From an uncultured SAR86 cluster bacterium (GTDB lineage Bacteria; Pseudomonadota; Gammaproteobacteria; Magnimaribacterales; AG-339-G14), in contig CABXRO010000003.1 of assembly GCA_902514645.1 (NCBI GenBank), positions 1,068 through 65,067 of the forward strand: 64,000 nucleotides of DNA, in the 5' to 3' direction. How positions within the stretch are numbered: position 1 is the first letter of the stretch; every line of letters begins with the position of its first letter. Positions 44,502 to 54,202 of the stretch are shown here, piece after piece. Both the position numbers and the translations under genes were made by a program. Under the pieces are notes generated by a model that ran no database searches, was not told the DNA's origin, and saw only the letters and a program-made list of their open reading frames with translations.

Positions 44502-45609
44502 ATCTATTTACCTGTGTGATGAATGTATCGAATAGTGATTGCAATTCTTGAGGTCCAGGACTTGCTTCTGGATGACCTTGAAAACCAAAAACTCGATTTT
44601 TTTGAAAAGAAATTCCCTGAATTGAGTCGTCGAATAAAGAACGGTGCGTAATTGAAATATCTTTTGATAAAGACTTTTCCGAAATCGTAAAGCCATGGTT
44701 TTGACTTGTTATTGCTACTTCATTTGTGATGAGATTTTTTACTGGATGATTAGCACCATGATGACCAAATTTCATTTTTTCAGTTTTCATACCCAAAGCT
44801 AAACCTAGAAGTTGATGACCCAAACAAATACCAAACAAAGGTATTTTTGATTTTCTTATCAATCTCGAAATAGTTTCTATTGGTTGATGGCAAGGTTCCG
44901 GGTCTCCTGGACCATTAGATAAAAATACACCATCCGGTTTTTTATTAAGAATGGTTTCGAAATCGGTATTAGCAGCCATAACCTCTACCTCACATCCTCG
45001 ATCAACTAACAATCGGAGAATGTTATGTTTGACTCCAAAATCCAGAGCTATAATTTTATATTCTGGTTTGGGTTTTTTTGTTCCATAACTAGGCTTTTTC
45101 CATAAATAAGATTTCTCAGTGGTTACCTTAGAGGCTAAATCTTTTCCTTTAAGGCTGCCGAATCTTTCAAATAATTTTTCAAGCTCTTTTTTGGTCTTTT
45201 TCTTATAAGAAATGAAAGCTGGTTGAGAGCCTTTGTTTCTCAGAACTCTGGTTAACTTTCTGGTATCGATATTTTTTATTCCTGGTACTTTATTTGCCTT
45301 CAGAAAATCAGCCAAAGAAAGTTCATTTCTCCAGTTGCTCTCAACCCTCGTTAAGTCTCTGACTATTACCCCACTTGCACCACCAACGACAGATTCATGA
45401 TCATCGATATTGGTACCAACGTTTCCGATATGCGGATATGTAAAGCAAATCAGTTGATCGGTATAAGACAAGTCGGTAATGATTTCTTGATAGCCAGTCA
45501 TCGAAGTATTGAAAACCAGTTCACCCACTTTTTCTTTGGTGAAACCAAAAGCTTCGCCGTCGAAGATTTCGCCTGATTTCAAAATGAGTTGTGCAGGTTT
45601 AACTCTCAT
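44485..45609 (-). CDS. carA: Carbamoyl-phosphate synthase small subunit
   Basis: [40 protein letters not shown]. Confidence 0.99.
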   Translation of the reverse strand: MRVKPAQLILKSGEIFDGEAFGFTKEKVGELVFNTSMTGYQEIITDLSYTDQLICFTYPHIGNVGTNIDDHESVVGGASGVIVRDLTRVESNWRNELSLADFLKANKVPGIKNIDTRKLTRVLRNKGSQPAFISYKKKTKKELEKLFERFGSLKGKDLASKVTTEKSYLWKKPSYGTKKPKPEYKIIALDFGVKHNILRLLVDRGCEVEVMAANTDFETILNKKPDGVFLSNGPGDPEPCHQPIETISRLIRKSKIPLFGICLGHQLLGLALGMKTEKMKFGHHGANHPVKNLITNEVAITSQNHGFTISEKSLSKDISITHRSLFDDSIQGISFQKNRVFGFQGHPEASPGPQELQSLFDTFITQVNRYAKKN

Positions 45610-45631
45610 AAAATACCTGCTTTAAATGGGT

Positions 45632-45698
45632 AAAAAAAAACGCGAACAAAGTAGAAACTATGGATCGCGTTTTAAAATCTAATGCCGTTTGCATTAGA
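45632..45698 (-). terminator. Putative carA leader attenuator (two hairpins plus U9)
   Basis: Minus strand: TCTAATGC/GCATTAGA stem (45678-45698), then an AAAACGCGA...TCGCGTTTT stem (45637-45673) running into 9 U's, upstream of the carA start. Confidence 0.6.
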
Positions 45699-45703
45699 AT
45701 GTG

Positions 45704-45732
45704 ACTCTAAAGAATTAACTCTGTAAAGTCCA
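45704..45732 (-). promoter_or_regulatory. Candidate sigma70 promoter for carAB
   Basis: TGGACT-17 nt-TAGAGT; the predicted +1 falls at the start of the first leader hairpin. Confidence 0.45.
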
Positions 45733-45748
45733 TTAAAAAATTTAACTT

Positions 45749-46513
45749 ATGATTAAAAATTCAGAAGATATAAAAGGGATGAGAGTCGCAGGTAAGCTTG
45801 CCGCTCAAACTTTGGAAATGATTGGCGAGTATGTGAAACCGGGAATTTCTACTGGCGAACTGGATAAAATCTGTCACGCCTACATCGTGGATGAAATCCA
45901 CTGCATTCCAGCTCCCTTAAACTACAAAGGTTTTCCCAAATCGATTTGCACCTCGATCAATCAAGTGGTCTGTCATGGTATTCCAACTGAAAATAGAATT
46001 TTGAAAAACAATGACATTTTAAATATTGATGTCACAGTCATTAAAGATGGTTATCACGGTGATACCAGTAAGATGTTTATGGTCGGCAAAGCGCGGCCGC
46101 ATGCGCAACGTTTGGTCGACATCACTCAGGAATGTCTTTATCGAGGCATTGCAAAGGTAAAACCTGGAGCTAGGTTGGGTGACATTGGTCATGCCATTCA
46201 AGTCCATGCCGAAGGCAATCATTATTCAGTTGTTAGAGAATACTGTGGACATGGCATTGGCAAGGTCTTCCATGAAGACCCGCAAGTTTTGCATTACGGC
46301 CAACCCAATACCGGTATGTCACTTCAAGAAGGTATGTGTTTTACCATCGAGCCTATGATCAATTTAGGTACCTACAAAACCAAATTATCCAAAACCGATG
46401 GCTGGACGGTAGAGACAACTGACGGCAGATTATCTGCTCAATGGGAACATACCATCCTCGTCACTCAAGATGGTTTTGAAGTTCTTACTCAAAGAAGTGA
46501 AGAAAATTTTTAG
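45749..46513 (+). CDS. map: Methionine aminopeptidase type I
   Basis: SICTSINQVVCHGIP, NIDVT, GYHGDTS, CGHGIG..FHE, FTIEPMIN, SAQWEHT. Confidence 0.98.
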   Translation: MIKNSEDIKGMRVAGKLAAQTLEMIGEYVKPGISTGELDKICHAYIVDEIHCIPAPLNYKGFPKSICTSINQVVCHGIPTENRILKNNDILNIDVTVIKDGYHGDTSKMFMVGKARPHAQRLVDITQECLYRGIAKVKPGARLGDIGHAIQVHAEGNHYSVVREYCGHGIGKVFHEDPQVLHYGQPNTGMSLQEGMCFTIEPMINLGTYKTKLSKTDGWTVETTDGRLSAQWEHTILVTQDGFEVLTQRSEENF

Positions 46514-46516
46514 TCT

Positions 46517-47686
46517 ATGAATAATTTAATAGCCGAGATTCAATCTTATCCATTTGAAAGATTAAGAAATCTCATCAATCCAAAAAAATCTCTAGAAGAG
46601 ATCAATCTATCCATTGGTGAGCCAAAGCATCCGGCAAGTCCAAAAATTTTAGATGCCATCAATCAAAACAAAGAATTATTCAGTCACTACCCTCCGATGG
46701 CGATGGTACCTGAATTGAAACGAAGCTACCAAAATTACCTAGCCAACAATTTCAATCTGAAAGATGTAAAAGATGAAGAAATCTTTTTGGTTGGCGGGAC
46801 TAGAGAAGGCACCTTCTCTGCCATTCAAACTCTGGTCAATAGAGAAGTAGTTAGTGAGAAACCTTATGTTTGTATGCCGAACCCTTATTATCAAATTTAC
46901 GGTGGCGCGACTTTGTTTGCAGGAGCCAAACCTTACTTCTTAAATTGTTTTGAAGAAAATAATTTCCAAATGGATTTGGAAAATGTAGCTCAAGAAGTTT
47001 GGGAGAAATGTCAGTTGCTCGTGCTCTGCTCACCTTCCAATCCTACCGGCAAAGTAACGACTAAAGACGAACTTTGCAAAGTGGTAAAGCTTTCAAAAGA
47101 ATTTGGTTTTAAAGTTTTAAGCGATGAATGCTACATAGATATCTATTTTGGAGAAAAACCTACTTCCCTTTTGGAAGCTGCGATGGAAGTAAACGGCAGC
47201 TTGGAGAATGTTTTAGCATTGCACAGTCTGTCAAAGCGTTCCAACTTACCTGGCTTCAGGTCCGGTTGTGCTACGGGAGATTCTAGTATCATTGCTGCCT
47301 TTTCAAAATATCGTATGTTTCATGGTGTCAGTGTGCCCTTGCCCATTCAAAATGCGAGTACTTTGGCTTGGGCAGACGATAAAACCGTCGAAGACAATCG
47401 AGTTGCCTATGCAGAAAAATTTAAATTGGCTGAAGAAATTTTAGACAAAGACTCTTTAACCCCAGATGGAGCTTTCTATCTTTGGTTGAAAGTTAAGGAT
47501 GCCGAAGCTTTTACCAAAAAACTTTACGATGTAGAACAAGTCATAGTATTACCAGGTAAATATTTAGGTGCCGAAGACAATGGACAAAATCCTGCAGAGC
47601 AATATTTAAGAATTGCTTTGGTGCATGATATAGAATCAACAACAAAAGCATTAACGAGCATTAAAAAGGTTTTAGATAATGAGTAA
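46517..47686 (+). CDS. dapC: Succinyldiaminopimelate aminotransferase
   Basis: YPFERL, LSIGEP, PNPYYQIY, CSPSNPTG, SDECY, SLSKRSNLPGFRSG; adjacent to dapD. Confidence 0.9.
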   Translation: MNNLIAEIQSYPFERLRNLINPKKSLEEINLSIGEPKHPASPKILDAINQNKELFSHYPPMAMVPELKRSYQNYLANNFNLKDVKDEEIFLVGGTREGTFSAIQTLVNREVVSEKPYVCMPNPYYQIYGGATLFAGAKPYFLNCFEENNFQMDLENVAQEVWEKCQLLVLCSPSNPTGKVTTKDELCKVVKLSKEFGFKVLSDECYIDIYFGEKPTSLLEAAMEVNGSLENVLALHSLSKRSNLPGFRSGCATGDSSIIAAFSKYRMFHGVSVPLPIQNASTLAWADDKTVEDNRVAYAEKFKLAEEILDKDSLTPDGAFYLWLKVKDAEAFTKKLYDVEQVIVLPGKYLGAEDNGQNPAEQYLRIALVHDIESTTKALTSIKKVLDNE

Positions 47687-48566
47687 TTGGACTGGCTTAG
47701 GAATTGGAACAAAAAACAGTGACGGAGACTGGATCGAAATGTTTTTTGCCGAGGAAAATATCTCTGCAGAAAATCTTAAGTCATCCGATGCTGCTTTTGA
47801 AAAAGTCTCTGTCAGTGATGACAAAGCTCCTACTTCTGTACCAGAAGCCTATTTGAAACTGCATTTGCTTTCTTATCGCTTGGTCAAACCAAACGAAACC
47901 AATTTGGATGGTATTTTTGGAATTTTACAAAATGTCGTTTGGACTTCTGAAGGTCCCTTCTCGATTGCTGATTTCAAAAAAGCACAACTTGAGGCAAGAA
48001 AAGAGAACCGACACATCTTAGTCCACAGCGTTGATAAATTTCCACGCATGACCGATTACGTGACTTTAACCGATATCCGAATTGCCGATGCTAACCGTGT
48101 GAGATTGGGAGCTTATCTGGGCTCAGGAACAACCATCATGCACGAGGGCTTTGTGAACTTTAATGCCGGTTCTTTAGGCGAAGCAATGATTGAAGGAAGA
48201 ATTTCCCAAGGAGTTGTGATTGGCGATAAAACCGATATTGGCGGTGGCGCTTCCACCATGGGGACTTTATCCGGTGGTAATGACGTCAGAATTTCTCTTG
48301 GGAAAAATTGTCTGCTTGGCGCTAACTCTGGTTTAGGAATTCCTTTGGGGGATAGATGCACCGTTGAGGCTGGACTTTATCTGACAGCATCTTCCAAAGT
48401 AGAAGTTATCGATGACAAAGGTGAGATTTCTGAAACAGTAAAAGCGTCTGAACTTGCTTCTAAATCCGATCTATTGTTTATCAGAAATTCTTTAACGGGT
48501 TCCATTCAATGTCGCCCGAATAAAAAAGTCATAGAACTTAACGAAGAATTGCACTCCAACGATTAA
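47679..48566 (+). CDS. dapD: Tetrahydrodipicolinate N-succinyltransferase (Pseudomonas/actinobacterial type)
   Basis: AYLKLHLLS, VDKFPRMTDY, RVRLGAYL, HEGFVNFNAG, GGASTMGTLSGG. Confidence 0.95.
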   Translation: MSNWTGLGIGTKNSDGDWIEMFFAEENISAENLKSSDAAFEKVSVSDDKAPTSVPEAYLKLHLLSYRLVKPNETNLDGIFGILQNVVWTSEGPFSIADFKKAQLEARKENRHILVHSVDKFPRMTDYVTLTDIRIADANRVRLGAYLGSGTTIMHEGFVNFNAGSLGEAMIEGRISQGVVIGDKTDIGGGASTMGTLSGGNDVRISLGKNCLLGANSGLGIPLGDRCTVEAGLYLTASSKVEVIDDKGEISETVKASELASKSDLLFIRNSLTGSIQCRPNKKVIELNEELHSND

Positions 48567-48585
48567 CTAAATCGTATAGCCATCA

Positions 48586-49191
48586 ATGAAGGAAGCTTCT
48601 AATCCAATTCCTGCAGGTCGACTGCAAAGAGCAGCTTCAAGTCAAGAAACTCACATTTCTCGATTTCGTCAGGTACTAGCTAGACATGGCCTTACCATGG
48701 CTTCGATAGCGATTATTTGTCTTTTGCTGCCGTCCATTCAAACTGCCCTGTTTTCTTCACTGGATAATTTATTTAGAAATCCTTTGAAATATCTTCTTTG
48801 GAGTTTGATAGTTGCCACTTTTATCTTTGGGTTTCTGAAATATACGAAAAGAGAAATCGATCTTCGTCAATTAATCTGGGTTGGATATCTCTTCATGATT
48901 TCTGTAGTTGAAGAAATTACATTCAGGCTTTCTCTACCTCTTTTAATTTCTTCGGATATTACTGGAATTAGTTTCTATTGGATTGGAGCTTTTATAAGCA
49001 ACCTTCTCTTTGCAACCATTCACTATTTCACATTACGTTGGAAACTAAACGCTTGTATTTTCACTTTTCTTGGTGGAATGGGTTTTAGTAGAATGTTGGA
49101 TACGACTGGAGACTTGACTGCCGTAATTCTTTTACATTGGGCAATAACTTTTCTTAATACTCCTTCTACTCCAAAAAGCTCTTCTAGTTGA
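48586..49191 (+). CDS. CPBP/Abi (CAAX protease-like) intramembrane metalloprotease
   Basis: Multi-TM protein with EEITFR, LFATIH and a C-terminal LLHW motif. Confidence 0.75.
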   Translation: MKEASNPIPAGRLQRAASSQETHISRFRQVLARHGLTMASIAIICLLLPSIQTALFSSLDNLFRNPLKYLLWSLIVATFIFGFLKYTKREIDLRQLIWVGYLFMISVVEEITFRLSLPLLISSDITGISFYWIGAFISNLLFATIHYFTLRWKLNACIFTFLGGMGFSRMLDTTGDLTAVILLHWAITFLNTPSTPKSSSS

Positions 49192-49211
49192 AACTTCTTC
49201 TGGCTATAAAA

Positions 49212-51503
49212 TTATTTTTGATAAAGATATTTTTGAAAATCAGTAAAAACTTGCTTGATTTCACCTGCAGGACCCAATTGTTTTTGAGCTTCATTCAAGC
49301 TTCCGTATTTTGAGTTAATGATGGTTGGAAGGTTTGATACATCCAGCTCATCAATACCTTCTTTTATATAATTATTTAAAACAAATCGAATGAACTCTAT
49401 TTGTTTCTTATCAATAAACTTATAAATATTATCTTCAGCTGATTCAACTCTCTCTTTTCTGGTTAAAGCTGGGTTGCTAAAGGCAATGTATTGAAGTACG
49501 TCAAATAAGTCACTGTTCTCGGCGTTAATGAGCTCTCTAAGTTTATTTAAATCTTCTTTACCACAGCCATGCTTTTCTAACTTACTTATCAACTCACTTC
49601 TAGTGATTGGGTTAGACCATAATTGCCTCAATTCATCTTCTCCACCAAGAATCTCTGGAAGTTTTAATGTATCAAATAACTTCTTAATGAACTCTTCTGC
49701 GCTGACTGGTTTGCCGTCTAAATAAAACATAGTTGAAGACATAGTTTGAATCTCTCTAAACTTGCCGTCAGATAATTTAATTTTAATTTTCTTGGGCTTA
49801 TTAATTTTGTCTTCTTTATCTTCATCATTATCTTTAATTTCTCCTGTTACGCGTTCACCTCCTTCAACTGGCTCAGCTGGCAACCCATCCCATTCTGGGT
49901 CATTGAACATCTGATAAGCATTTACAAAATCTATGATGGTAAAGTAATGCTTGCCTTCAAAAATACGAGTTCCTCGTCCAATAATTTGTTTGAACTCAAT
50001 CATATTGTTCACAGGACGCATCAAAACAATGTTGCGCACATTCCTAGCATCAACTCCGGTGGTTAATTTTTCGCTGGTTGTAAGAATGGTTGGAATGGAT
50101 TTTTCACTATCTTGAAACTGCTTTAGGTAGGTATCACCGATAGCTCCATCGTTTGCCGTTACTCTGACGCAATAATCTACCGCAGCATTGTCGGACTGTT
50201 GGTTAATTAAATCTCTGACTAAAGCTGCATGAGGCTGGTTAGCACAAAAGACAATAGTCTTTTCCACTGGATTTATGGTCTTGAGCATTTCTTGAACACG
50301 CTTTAACTCTCTTTCTTTAATTACAATTTTTTTATTAAAGTCATCTTCTTTATAAAGCTTCCCGGATTCAGGCTCGCCGTCGAGAACTTCATCGTCATCC
50401 GTATACACATACTCATCAAGAGAAGTTTGAATACGTTTAACTTTAAATGGTGTTAGGAATCCATCTTGAATACCTTCTCTTAAGCTATAGGTAAAGACAG
50501 GTTCGCCGAAGTAATTATATGTATCTACATTGTTTTTTCGTTTGGGAGTTGCAGTTAAACCCAAATGAACAGCAGAATTAAAGTAATCTAAAATGCTACG
50601 CCAATTACTTTCGTCATTAGCGCCTCCTCTATGACACTCATCAATAATAATGAAATCAAAGAATTCAGGTTTGTATTCACCAAAATAAGGTTCTTCCTCT
50701 GGCCCACTCATAAAGGTTTGAAAGATAGTAAAGAAGACACTTGCATTTGTAGGCACCCCTCCACTTTTTTTTATCTCATCAGGAGTAATTCTTACAACAG
50801 CATCTTCACCAAAAGCTCCAAAATCCAGAAAGGCTTGGTTGGCTAAAATGTTTCTGTCAGCAAGGAATAATATTCTTGGTTGTCGCTTGCCATCCTTTTG
50901 CAGATTCCATCTGCTTTTAAAAAGCTTCCAAGCAATTTGAAAAGATATAAAGGTTTTTCCGGTTCCTGTAGCTAGGTTTAAAAGGATACGGTCTTTGCCT
51001 GCAGCAATGGCTTCCATTGCTTTATTGACAGCTAATTCTTGATAGTACCTTGGTTGCTTAGCTCCGTTCTGGTCCTCGAAAGGAACTGCATCAAAGTTAT
51101 CCTGCCACTCATTGGTATCACCAAAAGTTTTCTTCCATAGCTCTTCAGGTGATGGGAAACTTTGTACATCTCCTTCACTGCCGTTCATGTCAATTTGATA
51201 AATCTCTTTGCCGTTTGCTGAGTAAGCAAATTTAAGATTAAGTTTTTGAGCATAGATTTTTGCTTGAGCAACACCTTCTCCAACCTCTAGCTCATCTGAT
51301 TTAGCTTCAACAATGGCTAGCTTTCTATTTTTATAACTTAAGACATAGTCTGCTTTAAGCTGACCTGCCCTGATACCACCGGCTTTAATTTCACCAGCAT
51401 TGATGTTGTATTCTCTTTGAACCAATACATCGCCGCCAGAAATCCAGCCAGCGGCTTTTAGCTGCGGGTCTATAAGTTCTGCTCTGGTATCAGCTTCGTT
51501 CAT
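49212..51503 (-). CDS. hsdR: Type I restriction endonuclease subunit R (EcoAI/EcoEI-like)
   Basis: ADYVL...IVEAK nuclease motif, ATGTGKT, DECHR, LTATP, TGVD, QIIGRGTR; EcoEI-like C-terminus. Confidence 0.95.
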   Translation of the reverse strand: MNEADTRAELIDPQLKAAGWISGGDVLVQREYNINAGEIKAGGIRAGQLKADYVLSYKNRKLAIVEAKSDELEVGEGVAQAKIYAQKLNLKFAYSANGKEIYQIDMNGSEGDVQSFPSPEELWKKTFGDTNEWQDNFDAVPFEDQNGAKQPRYYQELAVNKAMEAIAAGKDRILLNLATGTGKTFISFQIAWKLFKSRWNLQKDGKRQPRILFLADRNILANQAFLDFGAFGEDAVVRITPDEIKKSGGVPTNASVFFTIFQTFMSGPEEEPYFGEYKPEFFDFIIIDECHRGGANDESNWRSILDYFNSAVHLGLTATPKRKNNVDTYNYFGEPVFTYSLREGIQDGFLTPFKVKRIQTSLDEYVYTDDDEVLDGEPESGKLYKEDDFNKKIVIKERELKRVQEMLKTINPVEKTIVFCANQPHAALVRDLINQQSDNAAVDYCVRVTANDGAIGDTYLKQFQDSEKSIPTILTTSEKLTTGVDARNVRNIVLMRPVNNMIEFKQIIGRGTRIFEGKHYFTIIDFVNAYQMFNDPEWDGLPAEPVEGGERVTGEIKDNDEDKEDKINKPKKIKIKLSDGKFREIQTMSSTMFYLDGKPVSAEEFIKKLFDTLKLPEILGGEDELRQLWSNPITRSELISKLEKHGCGKEDLNKLRELINAENSDLFDVLQYIAFSNPALTRKERVESAEDNIYKFIDKKQIEFIRFVLNNYIKEGIDELDVSNLPTIINSKYGSLNEAQKQLGPAGEIKQVFTDFQKYLYQK

Positions 51504-51517
51504 GCTGCTTCAATTGT

Positions 51518-52729
51518 CTAAATTTCATGTTTAAGGATTGATGATTTTAATGTTTCATATTTTTTTAAAATCTTATCAAGACCTATATTTAATTTATCAA
51601 GTTCAACTGTAGCAATATCAAGTTTGTATACAATATTTTCTTGTTCTTTGATTGAAGGTAGCAAAATTTCAATATTGTTAATTAACGTCATATTGAGACC
51701 TCTTCTGTCATTTCCGCTGTCTCCAGTTATACGTCTTATCTTTTCGTACATTCCATCTAAAACATAATAAAGATATTTTGTATTTAAGTTCATTTCTGAT
51801 TTTGGAAAAATTGATACAAGTGACTGATTACATGTTGCTTTTGTCTTGAGAATTGCAACAGTACCTCTAGTTTTTCCCTGACCATTTAAGGCAATTAAAA
51901 CGCTGTTCTCTGGGAGAAATTTAGCATTTGAATTATTCAAACCTTCCTCAGTAATTCTTCCATCACAATCAAAAATTTCTTTTTGGTGTATATCACCAGA
52001 GACAAGCCACTTGATTTCACCATTATCAAAATATTCAGGCACTTTGCGACTAGGTGTTCCGCCAGTCATCAAATCACAAATATCTCCAATTTTTAATTCT
52101 TTCCAGGTGTTAGAAGCTTTATTGAAGATACTCTCCTCTTTATTCGTATTTAAAATTGAGTTTTTAAATTTATTAATTTCTTCTTTTTTCAGAACCGTTA
52201 TTTTTACTGCCTTATCAATTTCTGCAAATGCTGCATCAAGCTTAGTAACTATGCGTTGTTGTTCTTTGAGTGGGGGGAGTGGTATTTCTAAGTTCTCAAC
52301 AAAATCTTTTGGTAATCGCTTGTGCCCGACAGCACCACTCATTTGCTCCTTGCCATTAGCACGAAAGCTTGGTTGGCTTAGGCGGTAGTAGATGTACTGT
52401 GAAAGCACCTCTTCACCACATCGCAAAACTATATATTCACTTGAACCGAATCCTACACCGTTCTTTAAATTGGAAACGATTCCAAGCTTGCCGTTTTCAA
52501 AGCATGGAGTGATTTTTGCAAGGAGAACGTCATTATCTTCAAAGTAAGTATAGGAACTGTAAGCTTTCGCCAAGGTTTTTGTTTGATTTGCAGCTGGGTA
52601 CATTTCGTCTATGCCCAGGTCTTCCATTGGCATAAATGAAACGGTGTCAGTATCTGCAAGTTTTTTCTTTACTTGTGCTTTTTTGGGCTGAATTTCACAG
52701 ACATCGCCAAGCTTCACTGTCTTCCACAT
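51518..52729 (-). CDS. hsdS: Type I R-M specificity subunit
   Basis: Two TRDs, each starting W..(V/L)K(L/I)GD(V/I)C and followed by IPLPPLKEQQRIV or ILLPSIKEQENIV conserved regions. Confidence 0.95.
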   Translation of the reverse strand: MWKTVKLGDVCEIQPKKAQVKKKLADTDTVSFMPMEDLGIDEMYPAANQTKTLAKAYSSYTYFEDNDVLLAKITPCFENGKLGIVSNLKNGVGFGSSEYIVLRCGEEVLSQYIYYRLSQPSFRANGKEQMSGAVGHKRLPKDFVENLEIPLPPLKEQQRIVTKLDAAFAEIDKAVKITVLKKEEINKFKNSILNTNKEESIFNKASNTWKELKIGDICDLMTGGTPSRKVPEYFDNGEIKWLVSGDIHQKEIFDCDGRITEEGLNNSNAKFLPENSVLIALNGQGKTRGTVAILKTKATCNQSLVSIFPKSEMNLNTKYLYYVLDGMYEKIRRITGDSGNDRRGLNMTLINNIEILLPSIKEQENIVYKLDIATVELDKLNIGLDKILKKYETLKSSILKHEI

Positions 52730-54198
52730 TACAGCAACTCCTTAATTGCTTTTAAAGCTTCTGAAGCTTTTATATCCAGTTGCTCTATTTCTGCAATAAT
52801 TTCTTGTGGGGTTCTGTCATCAACCTCTTCAACTTTATTAGGATTACTGACAGATAAATCATATGTCTCTTTATTGATATCGGAAACATTAACCATCCAA
52901 CTGTTATCACTTTCCTTGTGTGTCTTAGCCAACTCAAGAAATTCAGCCAAGTCTTCTTGATTCAGTGGATTTGTTTTTCCTAGGTTTCTGCCAAGGTTCA
53001 ATTGGTAGTACCAAATCTTTTTAGTCGGTGTTCCTTTATCAAAGAAAAGTACAACCGTATGAGCTTGAGTGCTTGTAAAAGTTTTAGTAGGTAGTTCTAG
53101 GATGGAGTTAAGATTACATTCTTCTAATAACTGTTTTCTTAAAGCAATGCTGGCGTTGTCTGGATTACTTAAAAAAGTGTTCTTTATAACAACTCCAGCA
53201 CGCCCACCAGCTTTTAAAATCTTTATAAAATGTTGTAAGAATAAAATAGCTGTCTCACCAGATTTTATTGGGAAGTTTTGTTGAACCTCAGCTCTTTCAT
53301 CGCCACCAAAAGGAGGATTGGCAAGAATTACATCAAACCTATCTTTCTCTTGAATATCTGCAATATTTTCTGTGAGCGTATTAGTATGCAATATATTGGG
53401 AGACTCTATGCCGTGAAGAATCATGTTCATATTTCCTATAGCGAAAGGAATTGCTATTTTTTCTTTACCATAAAGAGTTGATTCTTGAAGTTGTTTGTAC
53501 TCAGTTGCAGTAAGTTCTTTAGAATTAAGAATGTGTGAATAAGCCTCGCATAAAAAACCAGCGCTACCAACAGCGCCGTCATAGACCTTCTCTCCAATAA
53601 CAGGATTAACAACTTGAGTTATAGCTTGGATTAAAGGTCTTGGAGTATAGTACTGGCCACCTGAGCGCCCAGCATTTCCCATTTTATTAATCTTGTCTTC
53701 ATAAAGACTACTTAGCTCGAATCTATCTTCATTAGTTAAAAATTGAATCTCATCTATCTTATTAATTACATCTCTTAAAATGTAACCACTCTGAACTCTG
53801 TTGATAAGTTCATTAAATATTTGACCTATTTTGTATTGGAGTGAATTAGCTTCGAAGGAGACTGACTTGAAATTTTTAAGATAGGGGAAGAGTTCATTAT
53901 TTACAAAGTCACTTAGGTCATCTCCGGTCTTAGCGGAGTTATAATCCAGCGAACCATCGGCTTTTTTTGGAGCTGCCCAAGCTTCCCAGCTAAATTCATT
54001 ACTTAAGATAGGCGAATAACTCTTATTACTTAGTTCAGCTGCTGCTTGCTTTTCTTTTTCATAATCATCTAGATATTTTAAAAAAAGAATCCAAGAGGTT
54101 TGCTCAATATAGTCTATGTCACTACTACAACCAGCATCTTTCCATAAAATTTGATCAATACTTTTAAAGATTGCATCGTAGTTCATTTTTTCAACCAC
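52729..54198 (-). CDS. hsdM: Type I R-M N6-adenine methyltransferase subunit
   Basis: SWILFLKYL, GQYYTPR, YDGAVGSAGFL, ILANPPFG. Start is GTG 54198 or ATG 54186. Confidence 0.96.
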   Translation of the reverse strand: MVEKMNYDAIFKSIDQILWKDAGCSSDIDYIEQTSWILFLKYLDDYEKEKQAAAELSNKSYSPILSNEFSWEAWAAPKKADGSLDYNSAKTGDDLSDFVNNELFPYLKNFKSVSFEANSLQYKIGQIFNELINRVQSGYILRDVINKIDEIQFLTNEDRFELSSLYEDKINKMGNAGRSGGQYYTPRPLIQAITQVVNPVIGEKVYDGAVGSAGFLCEAYSHILNSKELTATEYKQLQESTLYGKEKIAIPFAIGNMNMILHGIESPNILHTNTLTENIADIQEKDRFDVILANPPFGGDERAEVQQNFPIKSGETAILFLQHFIKILKAGGRAGVVIKNTFLSNPDNASIALRKQLLEECNLNSILELPTKTFTSTQAHTVVLFFDKGTPTKKIWYYQLNLGRNLGKTNPLNQEDLAEFLELAKTHKESDNSWMVNVSDINKETYDLSVSNPNKVEEVDDRTPQEIIAEIEQLDIKASEALKAIKELL

Positions 54199-54202
54199 AG
54201 CT

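Noticed and set aside
52272-52277. G6 tract in hsdS as a phase-variation switch
   Set aside because: Short, encodes the conserved LPPL motif, and the frame is intact; no silent hsdS copy or invertase is present.
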